A stretch of 64,000 nt of DNA from the human T2T-CHM13v2.0 reference genome, Homo sapiens. Positions 20,651 through 40,018 of this stretch are shown here, piece after piece (position 1 is the stretch's first letter; every line of letters starts with the position of its first letter). The DNA lies in assembly GCF_009914755.1 (NCBI RefSeq), contig NC_060948.1; one strand, 5' to 3'. Under the pieces are notes generated by a model that saw only the letters and a program-made list of their open reading frames with translations, searched no databases and had not been told where the DNA came from. A program made the translations under genes and the position numbers.

Positions 20651-22184
20651 ACGTATACATTATGTATATAATAATATACTGTATCATATATATAATATAT
20701 ATAACCTATGTATAATATTGTTTTACATCCTGCATCTTATGTTATATATATTGTATAAAATATAATAATTGATAATATATAAGTTTTATAATTATACAAT
20801 ATGACATATAGTATATATTATAATTTATGACATATATAATATATGTTATATATCATATATAGAATATATTATACGGTTAATATACGTATTAAATATAAAT
20901 TATACCTTATATATATTATATATAATATATCTGTTATATATAATACCCATTATGCATAATATATATATTATGTCTATGTTATATATAGTATAAAACAACA
21001 TATAATAATATATAATTGTATATATAAAATGCGACATATAATATATATTATATTTTATAACATATGTAATATATATTATATATTATATATAATACGTTGT
21101 ATGTATAATACCTATATTAAATATATATTATATGACTATGTTATTAATTACATGTCACATGTGTTATATATTATATATTTTACATAGAATATACCGGTTA
21201 CATACAATATATACTATGTTACCTATTATGTATAATTTATTACATGTAAAATAAAGAATGCAATATATTATGTATAATTTATAATATACAATATGTGGAA
21301 TGTGACATATGTAACATATAATATATGATATATGATATACAGTATATGATATATAACATACAATATATGATTCCTAATATATATGGTATACAATATATAT
21401 TTTATGATATGTATTCTATATGTTTTATATTCTGTTATATATAACTATTTGAAATTATATATAACTGTATAATATTTTATGTAAATATGTAATATAATAT
21501 ATATAACTATATAATATATTATATATAACTATATATTATGTTATATATACTTTTATAACATAATTTACATAAAATATCATAATATAATATATATTATATT
21601 ATTTCATATTACATAATATATATTACATATCACCCAATATAACTAACATACATAATATTATAATATAGATTATATTATGTTATATTAAATATCATATATA
21701 TCATGTATCATATATTCTATAATATATATTACACATTATATAATATGTATGTTGTCTATTACGTGATATATATAACTCAATATATAATTATATTTTTATA
21801 CATATAACTAGATAAACATGTAATTCTACATATTTTCATTTATAATATGTAGAATTATATAATCATATATAATTATTTATATTCTATAAAAAATTTTATC
21901 ATTATATAAATTATAATATATAAAAATTATAATATGTACTACAAATATATATATTATATATCATATATGATATAGTACCTTTGTTATATATCATAATACA
22001 TATAAATGTGTATTATGTTATCTATAATTATATAATTTCATATATAAGATGTATAATATGTATCATATATTATATATGTTATGTAATATATATAGTATAT
22101 ATAAGATGACACAGGATAAATATTATATACTATGACATATAAAATATATGAGGTTATATGTTACATATAAGGCATAGCACATAA

Positions 22185-22499
<315 letters not shown>

Positions 22500-23070
22500 A
22501 GATCCATATTTTTTAAATGAAAAAAAATTTCAAAGGTACTCTGCTTGGTACAATAATCAAATGTATAAACTGAGGAATAAAACATAACCATGAAACCTAC
22601 TTATAACTGCATATGGAAAATACAGAGGATAATTTTTTAAATAACATATTTTGAAAGCCTTAACTAGTAATTTGAAGAGTTGGCATTTGAAAGGCCAGTA
22701 TGAATATACCTTCAAAGCAGCAACACAGGTTCCCCATGAGAAAAAGCAAACACAGGGAAAATAAAAACACAAAGGTTCAATCTCTTCTGACCTTTGAAAG
22801 ACACAGCACAGACAGTGGTCCTTAGGACGAAGAGCAGGAGACCCCTAATTCCGTCACCATGGCGATAGGGCATAAACATTGCTGGGTGAGGGCACAATCC
22901 ACATTGTGAGGTCCAACTGCTGCCAGGAAGACAGGAGTGCTTTTACATAGACCGAAAGGTCATTGAAGGCTCAGAGTTTTGTTTCAAGAACTGAATCCCA
23001 AGCCCACACGTTATTAGGCTGCGCTTCTTAAAACAAGTTATGAGATGGGAAAAAGGGCACCCACAAACAT
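22500..23070. repeat. HSATI-type subunit, copy 10
   Basis: Near-identical to 710-1280. Confidence 0.8.
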
Positions 23071-24604
23071 ACGTATACATTATGTATATAATAATATACA
23101 GTATCATATATATAATATATATAACCTATGTATAATATTGTTTTACATCCTGCATCTTATGTTATATATATTGTATAAAATATAATAATTGATAATATAT
23201 AAGTTTTATAATTATACAATATGACATATAGTATATATTATAATTTATGACATATATAATATATGTTATATGTCATATATAGAATATATTATACGGTTAA
23301 TATACGTATTAAATATAAATTATACATTATATATATTATATATAATATATCTGTTATATATAATACCCATTATGCATAATATATATATTATGTCTATGTT
23401 ATATATAGTATAAAACAACATATAATAATATATAATTGTATATATAAAATGCGACATATAATATATATTATATTTTATAACATATGTAATATATATTATA
23501 TATTATATATAATACGTTGTATGTATAATACCTATATTAAATATATATTATATGATTATGTTATTAATTACATGTCACATGTGTTATATATTATATATTT
23601 TACATAGAATATACCGGTTACATACAATATATACTATGTTACCTATAATGTATAATTGATTACATGTAAAATAAAGAATGCAATATATTATGTAAAATTT
23701 ATAATATACAATATGTGGAATGTGATATATGTAACATATAATATATGATATATGATATACAGTATATGATATATAACATACAATATATGATTCCTAATAT
23801 ATATGGTATACAATATATATTTTATGATATGTATTCTATATGTTTTATATTCTGTTATATATAACTATTTGAAATTATATATAACTGTATAATATTTTAT
23901 GTAAATATGTAATATAATATATATAACTATATAATATATTATATATAACTATATATTATGTTATATATACTTTTATAACATAATTTACATAAAATATCAT
24001 AATATAATATATATTATATTTTTTCATATTACATAATATATATTACATATCACCCAATATAACTAACATACATAATATTATAATATAGATTATATTATGT
24101 TATATTAAATATCATATATATCATGTATCATATATTCTATAATATATATTACACATTATATAATATGTATGTTGTCTATTATGTGATATATATAACTATA
24201 TATATAATTATATTTTTATACATATAACTAGATAAACATGTAATTCTACATATTTTCATTTATAATATGTAGAATTATATAATCATATATAATTCTTTAT
24301 ATTCTATAAAAAATTTTATCATTATATAAATTATAATATATAAAAATTATAATATGTACTACAAATATATATATTATATATCATATATGATATAGTACCT
24401 TTGTTATATATCATAATACATATAAATGTGTATTATGTTATCTATAATTATATAATTTCATATATAAGTTGTATAATATGTATCATATATTATATATGTT
24501 ATGTAATATATATAGTATATATAAGATGACACAGGATAAATATTATATACTATGACATATAAAATATATGAGGTTATATGTTACATATAAGGCATAGCAC
24601 ATAA

Positions 24605-24919
<315 letters not shown>

Positions 24920-25490
24920 AGATCCATATTTTTTAAATGAAAAAAAATTTCAAAGGTGCTCTGCTTGGTACAATAATCAAATGTATAAACTGAGGAATAA
25001 AACATAACCATGAAACCTACTTATAACTGCATATGGAAAATACAGAGGATAATTTTTTAAATAACATATTTTGAAAGCCTTAACTAGTAATTTGAAGAGT
25101 TGGCATTTGAAAGGCCAGTATGAATATACCTTCAAAGCAGCAACACAGGTTCCCCATGAGAAAAAGCAAACACAGGGAAAATAAAAACACAAAGGTTCAA
25201 TCTCTTCTGACCTTTGAAAGACACAGCACAGACAGTGGTCCTTAGGACGAAGAGCAGGAGACCCCTAATTCCGTCACCATGGCGATAGGGCATAAACATT
25301 GCTGGGTGAGGGCACAATCCACATTGTGAGGTCCAACTGCTGCCAGGAAGACAGGAGTGCTTTTACATAGACCGAAAGGTCATTGAAGGCTCAGAGTTTT
25401 GTTTCAAGAACTGAATCCCAAGCCCACACGTTATTAGGCTGCGCTTCTTAAAACAAGTTATGAGATGGGAAAAAGGGCACCCACAAACAT
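24920..25490. repeat. HSATI-type subunit, copy 11
   Basis: Near-identical to 710-1280. Confidence 0.8.
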
Positions 25491-27024
25491 ACGTATACAT
25501 TATGTATATAATAATATACAGTATCATATATATAATATATATAACCTATGTATAATATTGTTTTACATCCTGCATCTTATGTTATATATATTGTATAAAA
25601 TATAATAATTGATAATATATAAGTTTTTTAATTATACAATATGACATATAGTATATATTATAATTGATGACATATATAATATATGTTATATATCATATAT
25701 AGAGTATATTATACGGTTAATATACGTAATAAATATAAATTATACCTTATATATATTATATATAATATATCTGTTATATATAATACCCATTATGCATAAT
25801 ATATATATTATGTCTATGTTATATATAGTATAAAACAACATATAATAATATATAATTGTATATATAAAATGCGACATATAATATATATTATATTTTATAA
25901 CATATGTAATATATATCATATATTATATATAATACGTTGTATGTATAATACCTATATTAAATATATATTATATGACTATGTTATTAATTACATGTCACAT
26001 GTGTTATATATTATATATTTTACATAGAATATACCGGTTACATACAATATATACTATGTTACCTATAATGTATAATTGATTACATGTAAAATAAAGAATG
26101 CAATATATTATGTATAATTTATAATATACATTATGTGGAATGTGACATATGTAACATATAATATATGATATATGATATACAGTATATGATATATAACATA
26201 CAATATATGATTCCTAATATATATGGTATACAATATATATTTTATGATATGTATTCTATATGTTTTATATTCTGTTATATATAACTATTTGAAATTATAT
26301 ATAACTGTATAATATTTTATGTAAATATGTAATATAATATATATAACTATATAATATATTATATATAACTATATATTATGTTATATATACTTTTATAACA
26401 TAATTTACATAAAATATCATAATATAATATATATTATATTATTTCATATTACATAATATATATTACATATCACCCAATATAACTAACATACATAATATTA
26501 TAATATAGATTATATTATGTTATATTAAATATCATATATATCATGTATCATATATTCTATAATATATATTACACATTATATAATATGTATGTTGTCTATT
26601 ATGTGATATATATAACTATATATATAATTATATTTTTATACATATAACTAGATAAACATGTAATTCTACATATTTTCATTTGTAATATGTAGAATTATAT
26701 AATCATATATAATTATTTATATTCTATAAAAAATTTTATCATTATATAAATTATAATATATAAAAATTATAATATGTACTACAAATATATATATTATATA
26801 TCATATATGATATAGTACCTTTGTTATATATCATAATACATATAAATGTGTATTATGTTATCTATAATTATATAATTTCATATATAAGATGTATAATATG
26901 TATCATATATTATATATGTTATGTAATATATATAGTATATATAAGATGACACAGGATAAATATTATATACTATGACATATAAAATATATGAGGTTATATG
27001 TTACATATAAGGCATAGCACATAA

Positions 27025-27339
<315 letters not shown>

Positions 27340-27910
27340 AGATCCGTATTTTTTAAATGAAAAAAAATTTCAAAGGTACTCTGCTTGGTACAATAATCAA
27401 ATGTATAAACTGAGGAATAAAACATAACCATGAAACCTACTTATAACTGCATATGGAAAATACAGAGGATAATTTTTTAAATAACATATTTTGAAAGCCT
27501 TAACTAGTAATTTGAAGAGTTGGCATTTGAAAGGCCAGTATGAATATACCTTCAAAGCAGCAACACAGGTTCCCCATGAGAAAAAGCAAACACAGGGAAA
27601 ATAAAAACACAAAGGTTCAATCTCTTCTGACCTTTGAAAGACACAGCACAGACAGTGGTCCTTAGGACGAAGAGCAGGAGACCCCTAATTCCGTCACCAT
27701 GGCGATAGGGCATAAACATTGCTGGGTGAGGGCACAATCCACATTGTGAGGTCCAACTGCTGCCAGGAAGACAGGAGTGCTTTTACATAGACCGAAAGGT
27801 CATTGAAGGCTCAGAGTTTTGTTTCAAGAACTGAATCCCAAGCCCACACGTTATTAGGCTGCGCTTCTTAAAACAAGTTATGAGATGGGAAAAAGGGCAC
27901 CCACAAACAT
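27340..27910. repeat. HSATI-type subunit, copy 12
   Basis: Near-identical to 710-1280. Confidence 0.8.
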
Positions 27911-29467
27911 ACGTATACATTATGTATATAATAATATACAGTATCATATATATAATATATATAACCTATGTATAATATTGTTTTACATCCTGCATCTTAT
28001 GTTATATATATTGTATAAAATATAATAATTGATAATATATAAGTTTTATATTTATACAATATGACATATAGTATATATTATAATTTATGACATATATAAT
28101 ATATGTTATATGTCATATATAGAATATATTATACGGTTAATATACGTATTAAATATAAATTATACATTATATATATTATATATAATATATCTGTTATATA
28201 TAATACCCATTATGCATAATATATATATTGTGTCTATGTTATATATAGTATAAAACAACATATAATAATATATAATTGTATATATAAAATGCGACATATA
28301 ATATATATTATATTTTATAACATATGTAATATATATTATATATTATATATAATACGTTGTATGTATAATACCTATATTAAATATATATTATATGACTATG
28401 TTATTAATTACATGTCCCATGTGTTATATATTATATATTTTACATAGAATATACCGGTTACATACAATATATACTATGTTACCTATAATGTATAATTGAT
28501 TACATGTAAAATAAAGAATGCAATATATTATGTAAAATTTATAATATACAATATGTGGAATGTGACATATGTAACATATAATATATGATATATGATATAC
28601 AGTATATGATATATAACATACAATATATGATTCCTAATATATATGGTATACAATATATATTTTATGATATGTATTCTATATGTTTTATATTCTGTTATAT
28701 ATAACTATTTGAAATTATATATAACTGTATAATATTTTATGTAAATATGTAATATAATATATATAACTATATAATATATTATATATAACTATATATTATG
28801 TTATATATACTTTTATAACATAATTTACATAAAATATCATAATATAATATATATTATATTATTTCATATTACATAATATATATTACATATCACCCAATAT
28901 AACTAACATACATAATATTATAATATAGATTATATTATGTTATATTAAATATCATATATATCATGTATCATATATTCTATAATATATATTACACATTATA
29001 TAATATGTATGTTGTCTATTATGTGATATATATAACTATATATATAATTATATTTTTATACATATAACTAGATAAACATGTAATTCTACATATTTTCATT
29101 TGTAATATGTAGAATTATATAATCATATATAATTATTTATATTCTATAAAAAATTTCATCATTATATAAATTATAATATATAAAAATTATAATATGTACT
29201 ACATATATATATATTATATATCATATATGATATAGTACCTTTGTTATATATCATAATACATATACATGTGTATTATGTTATCTATAATTATATAATTTCA
29301 TATATAAGATGTATAATATGTATCATATATTATATATGTTATGTAATATATATAGTATATATAAGATGACACAGGATAAATATTATATACTATGACATAT
29401 AAAATATATGAGGTTATATGTTACATATAAGGCATAGCACATAACATGTAATATATATCATATATAA

Positions 29468-29759
29468 TTTTTTTTTAGACAGAATCTTGTCCTGTTGCAC
29501 AGGGTGGGGTACAATGGCGCCATCTTTGCTCACTGCAACTTCTGCCTCACGGTTCCAAGCGATTGTCCTCCCTCAGCCTCCCAGGTAGCTGGGACTACAC
29601 CACACTGGGACTACACCAGCTGCCACCATGCCTTGCTAATTTTTTGGATTTTTAGTAGTGACAGCGTTTCACTGTATTGGCCAGGATGGTCTTGATCTCT
29701 TCACCTTGTGATCCCCTTGCCTTGGCCTCCAAATTTGCTGGGATTACAGGCCTGAGCCA
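29468..29759 (-). mobile_element. Alu relic, copy 13
   Basis: Same motifs; CCTTGCTAAT and GGTTCC variants. Confidence 0.93.
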
Positions 29760-30330
29760 AGATCCGTATTTTTTAAATGAAAAAAAATTTCAAAGGTACT
29801 CTGCTTGGTACAATAATCAAATGTATAAACTGAGGAATAAAACATAACCATGAAACCTACTTATAACTGCATATGGAAAATACAGAGGATAATTTTTTAA
29901 ATAACATATTTTGAAAGCCTTAACTAGTAATTTGAAGAGTTGGCATTTGAAAGGCCAGTATGAATATACCTTCAAAGCAGCAACACAGGTTCCCCATGAG
30001 AAAAAGCAAACACAGGGAAAATAAAAACACAAAGGTTCAATCTCTTCTGACCTTTGAAAGACACAGCACAGACAGTGGTCCTTAGGACGAAGAGCAGGAG
30101 ACCCCTAATTCCGTCACCATGGCGATAGGGCATAAACATTGCTGGGTGAGGGCACAATCCACATTGTGAGGTCCAACTGCTGCCAGGAAGACAGGAGTGC
30201 TTTTACATAGACCGAAAGGTCATTGAAGGCTCAGAGTTTTGTTTCAAGAACTGAATCCCAAGCCCACACGTTATTAGGCTGCGCTTCTTAAAACAAGTTA
30301 TGAGATGGGAAAAAGGGCACCCACAAACAT
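29760..30330. repeat. HSATI-type subunit, copy 13
   Basis: Near-identical to 710-1280. Confidence 0.8.
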
Positions 30331-31866
30331 ACGTATACATTATGTATATAATAATATACAGTATCATATATATAATATATATAACCTATGTATAATATTG
30401 TTTTACATCCTGCATCTTATGTTATATATATTGTATAAAATATAATAATTGATAATATATAAGTTTTATAATTATACAATATGACATATAGTATATATTA
30501 TAATTTATGACATATATAATATATGTTATATGTCATATATAGAATATATTATACGGTTAATATACGTATTAAATATAAATTATACATTATATATATTATA
30601 TATAATATATCTGTTATATATAATACCCATTATGCATAATATATATATTATGTCTATGTTATATATAGTATAAAACAATATATAATAATATATAATTGTA
30701 TATATAAAATGCGACATATAATATATATTATATTTTATAACATATGTAATATATATCATATATTATATATAATACGTTTTATGTATAATACCTATATTAA
30801 ATATATATTATATGACTATGTTATTAATTACATGTCACATGTGTTATATATTATATATTTTACATAGAATATACCGGTTACATACAATATATACTATGTT
30901 ACCTATAATGTATAATTTATTACATGTAAAATAAAGAATGCAATATATTATGTATAATTTATAATATACAATATGTGGAATGTGACATATGTAACATATA
31001 ATATATGATATATGATATACAGTATATGATATATAACATACAATATATGATTCCTAATATATATGGTATACAATATATATTTTATGATATGTATTCTATA
31101 TGTTTTATATTCTGTTATATATAACTATTTGAAATTATATATAACTGTATAATATTTTATGTAAATATGTAATATAATATATATAACTATATAATATATT
31201 ATATATAACTATATATTATGTTATATATACTTTTATAACATAATTTACATAAAATATCATAATATAATATATATTATATTATTTCATATTACATAATATA
31301 TATTACATATCACCCAATATAACTAACATACATAATATTATAATATAGATTATATTATGTTATATTAAATATCATATATATCATGTATCATATATTCTAT
31401 AATATATATTACACATTATATAATATGTATGTTGTCTATTATGTGATATATATAACTCAATATATAATTATATTTTTATACATATAACTAGATAAACATG
31501 TAATTCTACATATTTTCATTTGTAATATGTAGAATTATATAATCATATATAATTATTTATATTCTATAAAAAATTTTATCATTATATAAATTATAATATA
31601 TAAAAATTATAATATGTACTACAAATATATATATATTATATATCATATATGATATAGTACCTTTGTTATATATCATAATACATATAAATGTGTATTATGT
31701 TATCTATAATTATATAATTTCATATATAAGATGTATAATATGTATCATATATTATATATGTTATGTAATATATATAGTATATATAAGATGACACAGGATA
31801 AATATTATATACTATGACATATAAAATATATGAGGTTATATGTTACATATAAGGCATAGCACATAA

Positions 31867-32181
<315 letters not shown>

Positions 32182-32752
32182 AGATCCGTATTTTTTAAAT
32201 GAAAAAAAATTTCAAAGGTGCTCTGCTTGGTACAATAATCAAATGTATAAACTGAGGAATAAAACATAACCATGAAACCTACTTATAACTGCATATGGAA
32301 AATACAGAGGATAATTTTTTAAATAACATATTTTGAAAGCCTTAACTAGTAATTTGAAGAGTTGGCATTTGAAAGGCCAGTATGAATATACCTTCAAAGC
32401 AGCAACACAGGTTCCCCATGAGAAAAAGCAAACACAGGGAAAATAAAAACACAAAGGTTCAATCTCTTCTGACCTTTGAAAGACACAGCACAGACAGTGG
32501 TCCTTAGGACGAAGAGCAGGAGACCCCTAATTCCGTCACCATGGCGATAGGGCATAAACATTGCTGGGTGAGGGCACAATCCACATTGTGAGGTCCAACT
32601 GCTGCCAGGAAGACAGGAGTGCTTTTACATAGACCGAAAGGTCATTGAAGGCTCAGAGTTTTGTTTCAAGAACTGAATCCCAAGCCCACACGTTATTAGG
32701 CTGCGCTTCTTAAAACAAGTTATGAGATGGGAAAAAGGGCACCCACAAACAT
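32182..32752. repeat. HSATI-type subunit, copy 14
   Basis: Near-identical to 710-1280. Confidence 0.8.
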
Positions 32753-34311
32753 ACGTATACATTATGTATATAATAATATACAGTATCATATATATAATAT
32801 ATATAACCTATGTATAATATTGTTTTACATCCTGCATCTTATGTTATATATATTGTATAAAATATAATAATTGATAATATATAAGTTTTATAATTATACA
32901 ATATGACATATAGTATATATTATAATTTATGACATATATAATATATGTTATATGTCATATATAGAATATATTATACGGTTAATATACGTATTAAATATAA
33001 ATTATACATTATATATATTATATATAATATATCTGTTATATATAATACCCATTATGCATAATATATATATTATGTCTATGTTATATATAGTATAAAACAA
33101 CATATAATAATATATAATTGTATATATAAAATGCGACATATAATATATATTATATTTTATAACATATGTAATATATATTATATATTATATATAATACGTT
33201 GTATGTATAATACCTATATTAAATATATATTATATGACTATGTTATTAATTACATGTCCCATGTGTTATATATTATATATTTTACATAGAATATACCGGT
33301 TACATACAATATATACTATGTTACCTATAATGTATAATTGATTACATGTAAAATAAAGAATGCAATATATTATGTAAAATTTATAATATACAATATGTGG
33401 AATGTGACATATGTAACATATAATATATGATATATGATATACAGTATATGATATATAACATACAATATATGATTCCTAATATATATGGTATACAATATAT
33501 ATTTTATGATATGTATTCTATATGTTTTATATTCTGTTATATATAACTATTTGAAATTATATATAACTGTATAATATTTTATGTAAATATGTAATATAAT
33601 ATATATAACTATATAATATATTATATATAACTATATATTATGTTATATATACTTTTATAACATAATTTACATAAAATATCATAATATAATATATATTATA
33701 TTATTTCATATTACATAATATATATTACATATCACCCAATATAACTAACATACATAATATTATAATATAGATTATATTATGTTATATTAAATATCATATA
33801 TATCATGTATCATATATTCTATAATATATATTACACATTATATAATATGTATGTTGTCTATTATGTGATATATATAACTATATATATAATTATATTTTTA
33901 TACATATAACTAGATAAACATGTAATTCTACATATTTTCATTTGTAATATGTAGAATTATATAATCATATATAATTATTTATATTCTATAAAAAATTTTA
34001 TCATTATATAAATTATAATATATAAAAATTATAATATGTACTACAAATATATATATATTATATATCATATATGATATAGTACCTTTGTTATATATCATAA
34101 TACATATAAATGTGTATTATGTTATCTATAATTATATAATTTCATATATAAGATGTATAATATGTATCATATATTATATATGTTATGTAATATATATAGT
34201 ATATATAAGATGACACAGGATAAATATTATATACTATGACATATAAAATATATGAGGTTATATGTTACATATAAGGCATAGCACATAACATGTAATATAT
34301 ATCATATATAA

Positions 34312-34603
34312 TTTTTTTTTAGACAGAATCTTGTCCTGTTGCACAGGGTGGGGTACAATGGCGCCATCTTTGCTCACTGCAACTTCTGCCTCACGGTTCC
34401 AAGCGATTGTCCTCCCTCAGCCTCCCAGGTAGCTGGGACTACACCACACTGGGACTACACCAGCTGCCACCATGCCTTGCTAATTTTTTGGATTTTTAGT
34501 AGTGACAGCGTTTCACTGTATTGGCCAGGATGGTCTTGATCTCTTCACCTTGTGATCCCCTTGCCTTGGCCTCCAAATTTGCTGGGATTACAGGCCTGAG
34601 CCA
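34312..34603 (-). mobile_element. Alu relic, copy 15
   Basis: Same motifs; CCTTGCTAAT and GGTTCC variants. Confidence 0.93.
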
Positions 34604-35174
34604 AGATCCGTATTTTTTAAATGAAAAAAAATTTCAAAGGTACTCTGCTTGGTACAATAATCAAATGTATAAACTGAGGAATAAAACATAACCATGAAAC
34701 CTACTTATAACTGCATATGGAAAATACAGAGGATAATTTTTTAAATAACATATTTTGAAAGCCTTAACTAGTAATTTGAAGAGTTGGCATTTGAAAGGCC
34801 AGTATGAATATACCTTCAAAGCAGCAACACAGGTTCCCCATGAGAAAAAGCAAACACAGGGAAAATAAAAACACAAAGGTTCAATCTCTTCTGACCTTTG
34901 AAAGACACAGCACAGACAGTGGTCCTTAGGACGAAGAGCAGGAGACCCCTAATTCCGTCACCATGGCGATAGGGCATAAACATTGCTGGGTGAGGGCACA
35001 ATCCACATTGTGAGGTCCAACTGCTGCCAGGAAGACAGGAGTGCTTTTACATAGACCGAAAGGTCATTGAAGGCTCAGAGTTTTGTTTCAAGAACTGAAT
35101 CCCAAGCCCACACGTTATTAGGCTGCGCTTCTTAAAACAAGTTATGAGATGGGAAAAAGGGCACCCACAAACAT
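34604..35174. repeat. HSATI-type subunit, copy 15
   Basis: Near-identical to 710-1280. Confidence 0.8.
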
Positions 35175-36710
35175 ACGTATACATTATGTATATAATAATA
35201 TACAGTATCATATATATAATATATATAACCTATGTATAATATTGTTTTACATCCTGCATCTTATGTTATATATATTGTATAAAATATAATAATTGATAAT
35301 ATATAAGTTTTATAATTATACAATATGACATATAGTATATATTATAATTTATGACATATATAATATATGTTATATGTCATATATAGAATATATTATACGG
35401 TTAATATACGTATTAAATATAAATTATACATTATATATATTATATATAATATATCTGTTATATATAATACCCATTATGCATAATATATATATTATGTCTA
35501 TGTTATATATAGTATAAAACAACATATAATAATATATAATTGTATATATAAAATGCGACATATAATATATATTATATTTTATAACATATGTAATATATAT
35601 CATATATTATATATAATACGTTGTATGTATAATACCTATATTAAATATATATTATATGACTATGTTATTAATTATATGTCACATGTGTTATATATTATAT
35701 ATTTTACATAGAATATACCGGTTACATACAATATATACTATGTTACCTATAATGTATAATTTATTACATGTAAAATAAAGAATGCAATATATTATGTATA
35801 ATTTATAATATACAATATGTGGAATGTGACATATGTAACATATAATATATGATATATGATATACACTATATGATATATAACATACAATATATGATTCCTA
35901 ATATATATGGTATACAATATATATTTTATGATATGTATTCTATATGTTTTATATTCTGTTATATATAACTATTTGAAATTATATATAACTGTATAATATT
36001 TTATGTAAATATGTAATATAATATATATAACTATATAATATATTATATATAACTATATATTATGTTATATATACTTTTATAACATAATTTACATAAAATA
36101 TCATAATATAATATATATTATATTATTTCATATTACATAATATATATTACATATCACCCAATATAACTAACATACATAATATTATAATATAGATTATATT
36201 ATGTTATATTAAATATCATATATATCATGTATCATATATTCTATAATATATATTACACATTATATAATATGTATGTTGTCTATTATGTGATATATATAAC
36301 TATATATATAATTATATTTTTATACATATAACTAGATAAACATGTAATTCTACATATTTTCTTTTGTAATATGTAGAATTATATAATCATATATAATTAT
36401 TTATATTCTATAAAAAATTTTATCATTATATAAATTATAATATATAAAAATTATAATATGTACTACAAATATATATATATTATATATCATATATGATATA
36501 GTACCTTTGTTATATATCATAATACATATAAATGTGTATTATGTTATCTATAATTATATAATTTCATATATAAGATGTATAATATGTATCATATATTATA
36601 TATGTTATGTAATATATATAGTATATATAAGATGACACAGGATAAATATTATATACTATGACATATAAAATATATGAGGTTATATGTTACATATAAGGCA
36701 TAGCACATAA

Positions 36711-37025
<315 letters not shown>

Positions 37026-37596
37026 AGATCCGTATTTTTTAAATGAAAAAAAATTTCAAAGGTGCTCTGCTTGGTACAATAATCAAATGTATAAACTGAG
37101 GAATAAAACATAACCATGAAACCTACTTATAACTGCATATGGAAAATACAGAGGATAATTTTTTAAATAACATATTTTGAAAGCCTTAACTAGTAATTTG
37201 AAGAGTTGGCATTTGAAAGGCCAGTATGAATATACCTTCAAAGCAGCAACACAGGTTCCCCATGAGAAAAAGCAAACACAGGGAAAATAAAAACACAAAG
37301 GTTCAATCTCTTCTGACCTTTGAAAGACACAGCACAGACAGTGGTCCTTAGGACGAAGAGCAGGAGACCCCTAATTCCGTCACCATGGCGATAGGGCATA
37401 AACATTGCTGGGTGAGGGCACAATCCACATTGTGAGGTCCAACTGCTGCCAGGAAGACAGGAGTGCTTTTACATAGACCGAAAGGTCATTGAAGGCTCAG
37501 AGTTTTGTTTCAAGAACTGAATCCCAAGCCCACACGTTATTAGGCTGCGCTTCTTAAAACAAGTTATGAGATGGGAAAAAGGGCACCCACAAACAT
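37026..37596. repeat. HSATI-type subunit, copy 16
   Basis: Near-identical to 710-1280. Confidence 0.8.
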
Positions 37597-39155
37597 ACGT
37601 ATACATTATGTATATAATAATATACAGTATCATATATATAATATATATAACCTATGTATAATATTGTTTTACATCCTGCATCTTATGTTATATATATTGT
37701 ATAAAATATAATAATTGATAATATATAAGTTTTATAATTATACAATATGACATATAGTATATATTATAATTTATGACATATATAATATATGTTATATGTC
37801 ATATATAGAATATATTATACGGTTAATATACGTATTAAATATAAATTATACATTATATATATTATATATAATATATCTGTTATATATAATACCCATTATG
37901 CATAATATATATATTATGTCTATGTTATATATAGTATAAAACAACATATAATAATATATAATTGTATATATAAAATGCGACATATAATATATATTATATT
38001 TTATAACATATGTAATATATATTATATATTATATATAATACGTTGTATGTATAATACCTATATTAAATATATATTATATGACTATGTTATTAATTACATG
38101 TCCCATGTGTTATATATTATATATTTTACATAGAATATACCGGTTACATACAATATATACTATGTTACCTATAATGTATAATTGATTACATGTAAAATAA
38201 AGAATGCAATATATTATGTAAAATTTATAATATACAATATGTGGAATGTGACATATGTAACATATAATATATGATATATGATATACACTATATGATATAT
38301 AACATACAATATATGATTCCTAATATATATGGTATACAATATATATTTTATGATATGTATTCTATATGTTTTATATTCTGTTATATATAACTATTTGAAA
38401 TTATATATAACTGTATAATATTTTATGTAAATATGTAATATAATATATATAACTATATAATATATTATATATAACTATATATTATGTTATATATACTTTT
38501 ATAACATAATTTACATAAAATATCATAATATAATATATATTATATTATTTCATATTACATAATATATATTACATATCACCCAATATAACTAACATACATA
38601 ATATTATAATATAGATTATATTATGTTATATTAAATATCATATATATCATGTATCATATATTCTATAATATATATTACACATTATATAATATGTATGTTG
38701 TCTATTATGTGATATATATAACTATATATATAATTATATTTTTATACATATAACTAGATAAACATGTAATTCTACATATTTTCATTTGTAATAGGTAGAA
38801 TTATATAATCATATATAATTATTTATATTCTATAAAAAATTTTATCATTATATAAATTATAATATATAAAAATTATAATATGTACTACAAATATATATAT
38901 ATTATATATCATATATGATATAGTACCTTTGTTATATATCATAATACATATAAATGTGTATTATGTTATCTATAATTATATAATTTCATATATAAGATGT
39001 ATAATATGTATCATATATTATATATGTTATGTAATATATATAGTATATATAAGATGACACAGGATAAATATTATATACTATGACATATAAAATATATGAG
39101 GTTATATGTTACATATAAGGCATAGCACATAACATGTAATATATATCATATATAA

Positions 39156-39447
39156 TTTTTTTTTAGACAGAATCTTGTCCTGTTGCACAGGGTGGGGTAC
39201 AATGGCGCCATCTTTGCTCACTGCAACTTCTGCCTCACGGTTCCAAGCGATTGTCCTCCCTCAGCCTCCCAGGTAGCTGGGACTACACCACACTGGGACT
39301 ACACCAGCTGCCACCATGCCTTGCTAATTTTTTGGATTTTTAGTAGTGACAGCGTTTCACTGTATTGGCCAGGATGGTCTTGATCTCTTCACCTTGTGAT
39401 CCCCTTGCCTTGGCCTCCAAATTTGCTGGGATTACAGGCCTGAGCCA
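39156..39447 (-). mobile_element. Alu relic, copy 17
   Basis: Same motifs; CCTTGCTAAT and GGTTCC variants. Confidence 0.93.
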
Positions 39448-40018
39448 AGATCCGTATTTTTTAAATGAAAAAAAATTTCAAACGTACTCTGCTTGGTACA
39501 ATAATCAAATGTATAAACTGAGGAATAAAACATAACCATGAAACCTACTTATAACTGCATATGGAAAATACAGAGGATAATTTTTTAAATAACATATTTT
39601 GAAAGCCTTAACTAGTAATTTGAAGAGTTGGCATTTGAAAGGCCAGTATGAATATACCTTCAAAGCAGCAACACAGGTTCCCCATGAGAAAAAGCAAACA
39701 CAGGGAAAATAAAAACACAAAGGTTCAATCTCTTCTGACCTTTGAAAGACACAGCACAGACAGTGGTCCTTAGGACGAAGAGCAGGAGACCCCTAATTCC
39801 GTCACCATGGCGATAGGGCATAAACATTGCTGGGTGAGGGCACAATCCACATTGTGAGGTCCAACTGCTGCCAGGAAGACAGGAGTGCTTTTACATAGAC
39901 CGAAAGGTCATTGAAGGCTCAGAGTTTTGTTTCAAGAACTGAATCCCAAGCCCACACGTTATTAGGCTGCGCTTCTTAAAACAAGTTATGAGATGGGAAA
40001 AAGGGCACCCACAAACAT
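39448..40018. repeat. HSATI-type subunit, copy 17
   Basis: Near-identical to 710-1280. Confidence 0.8.
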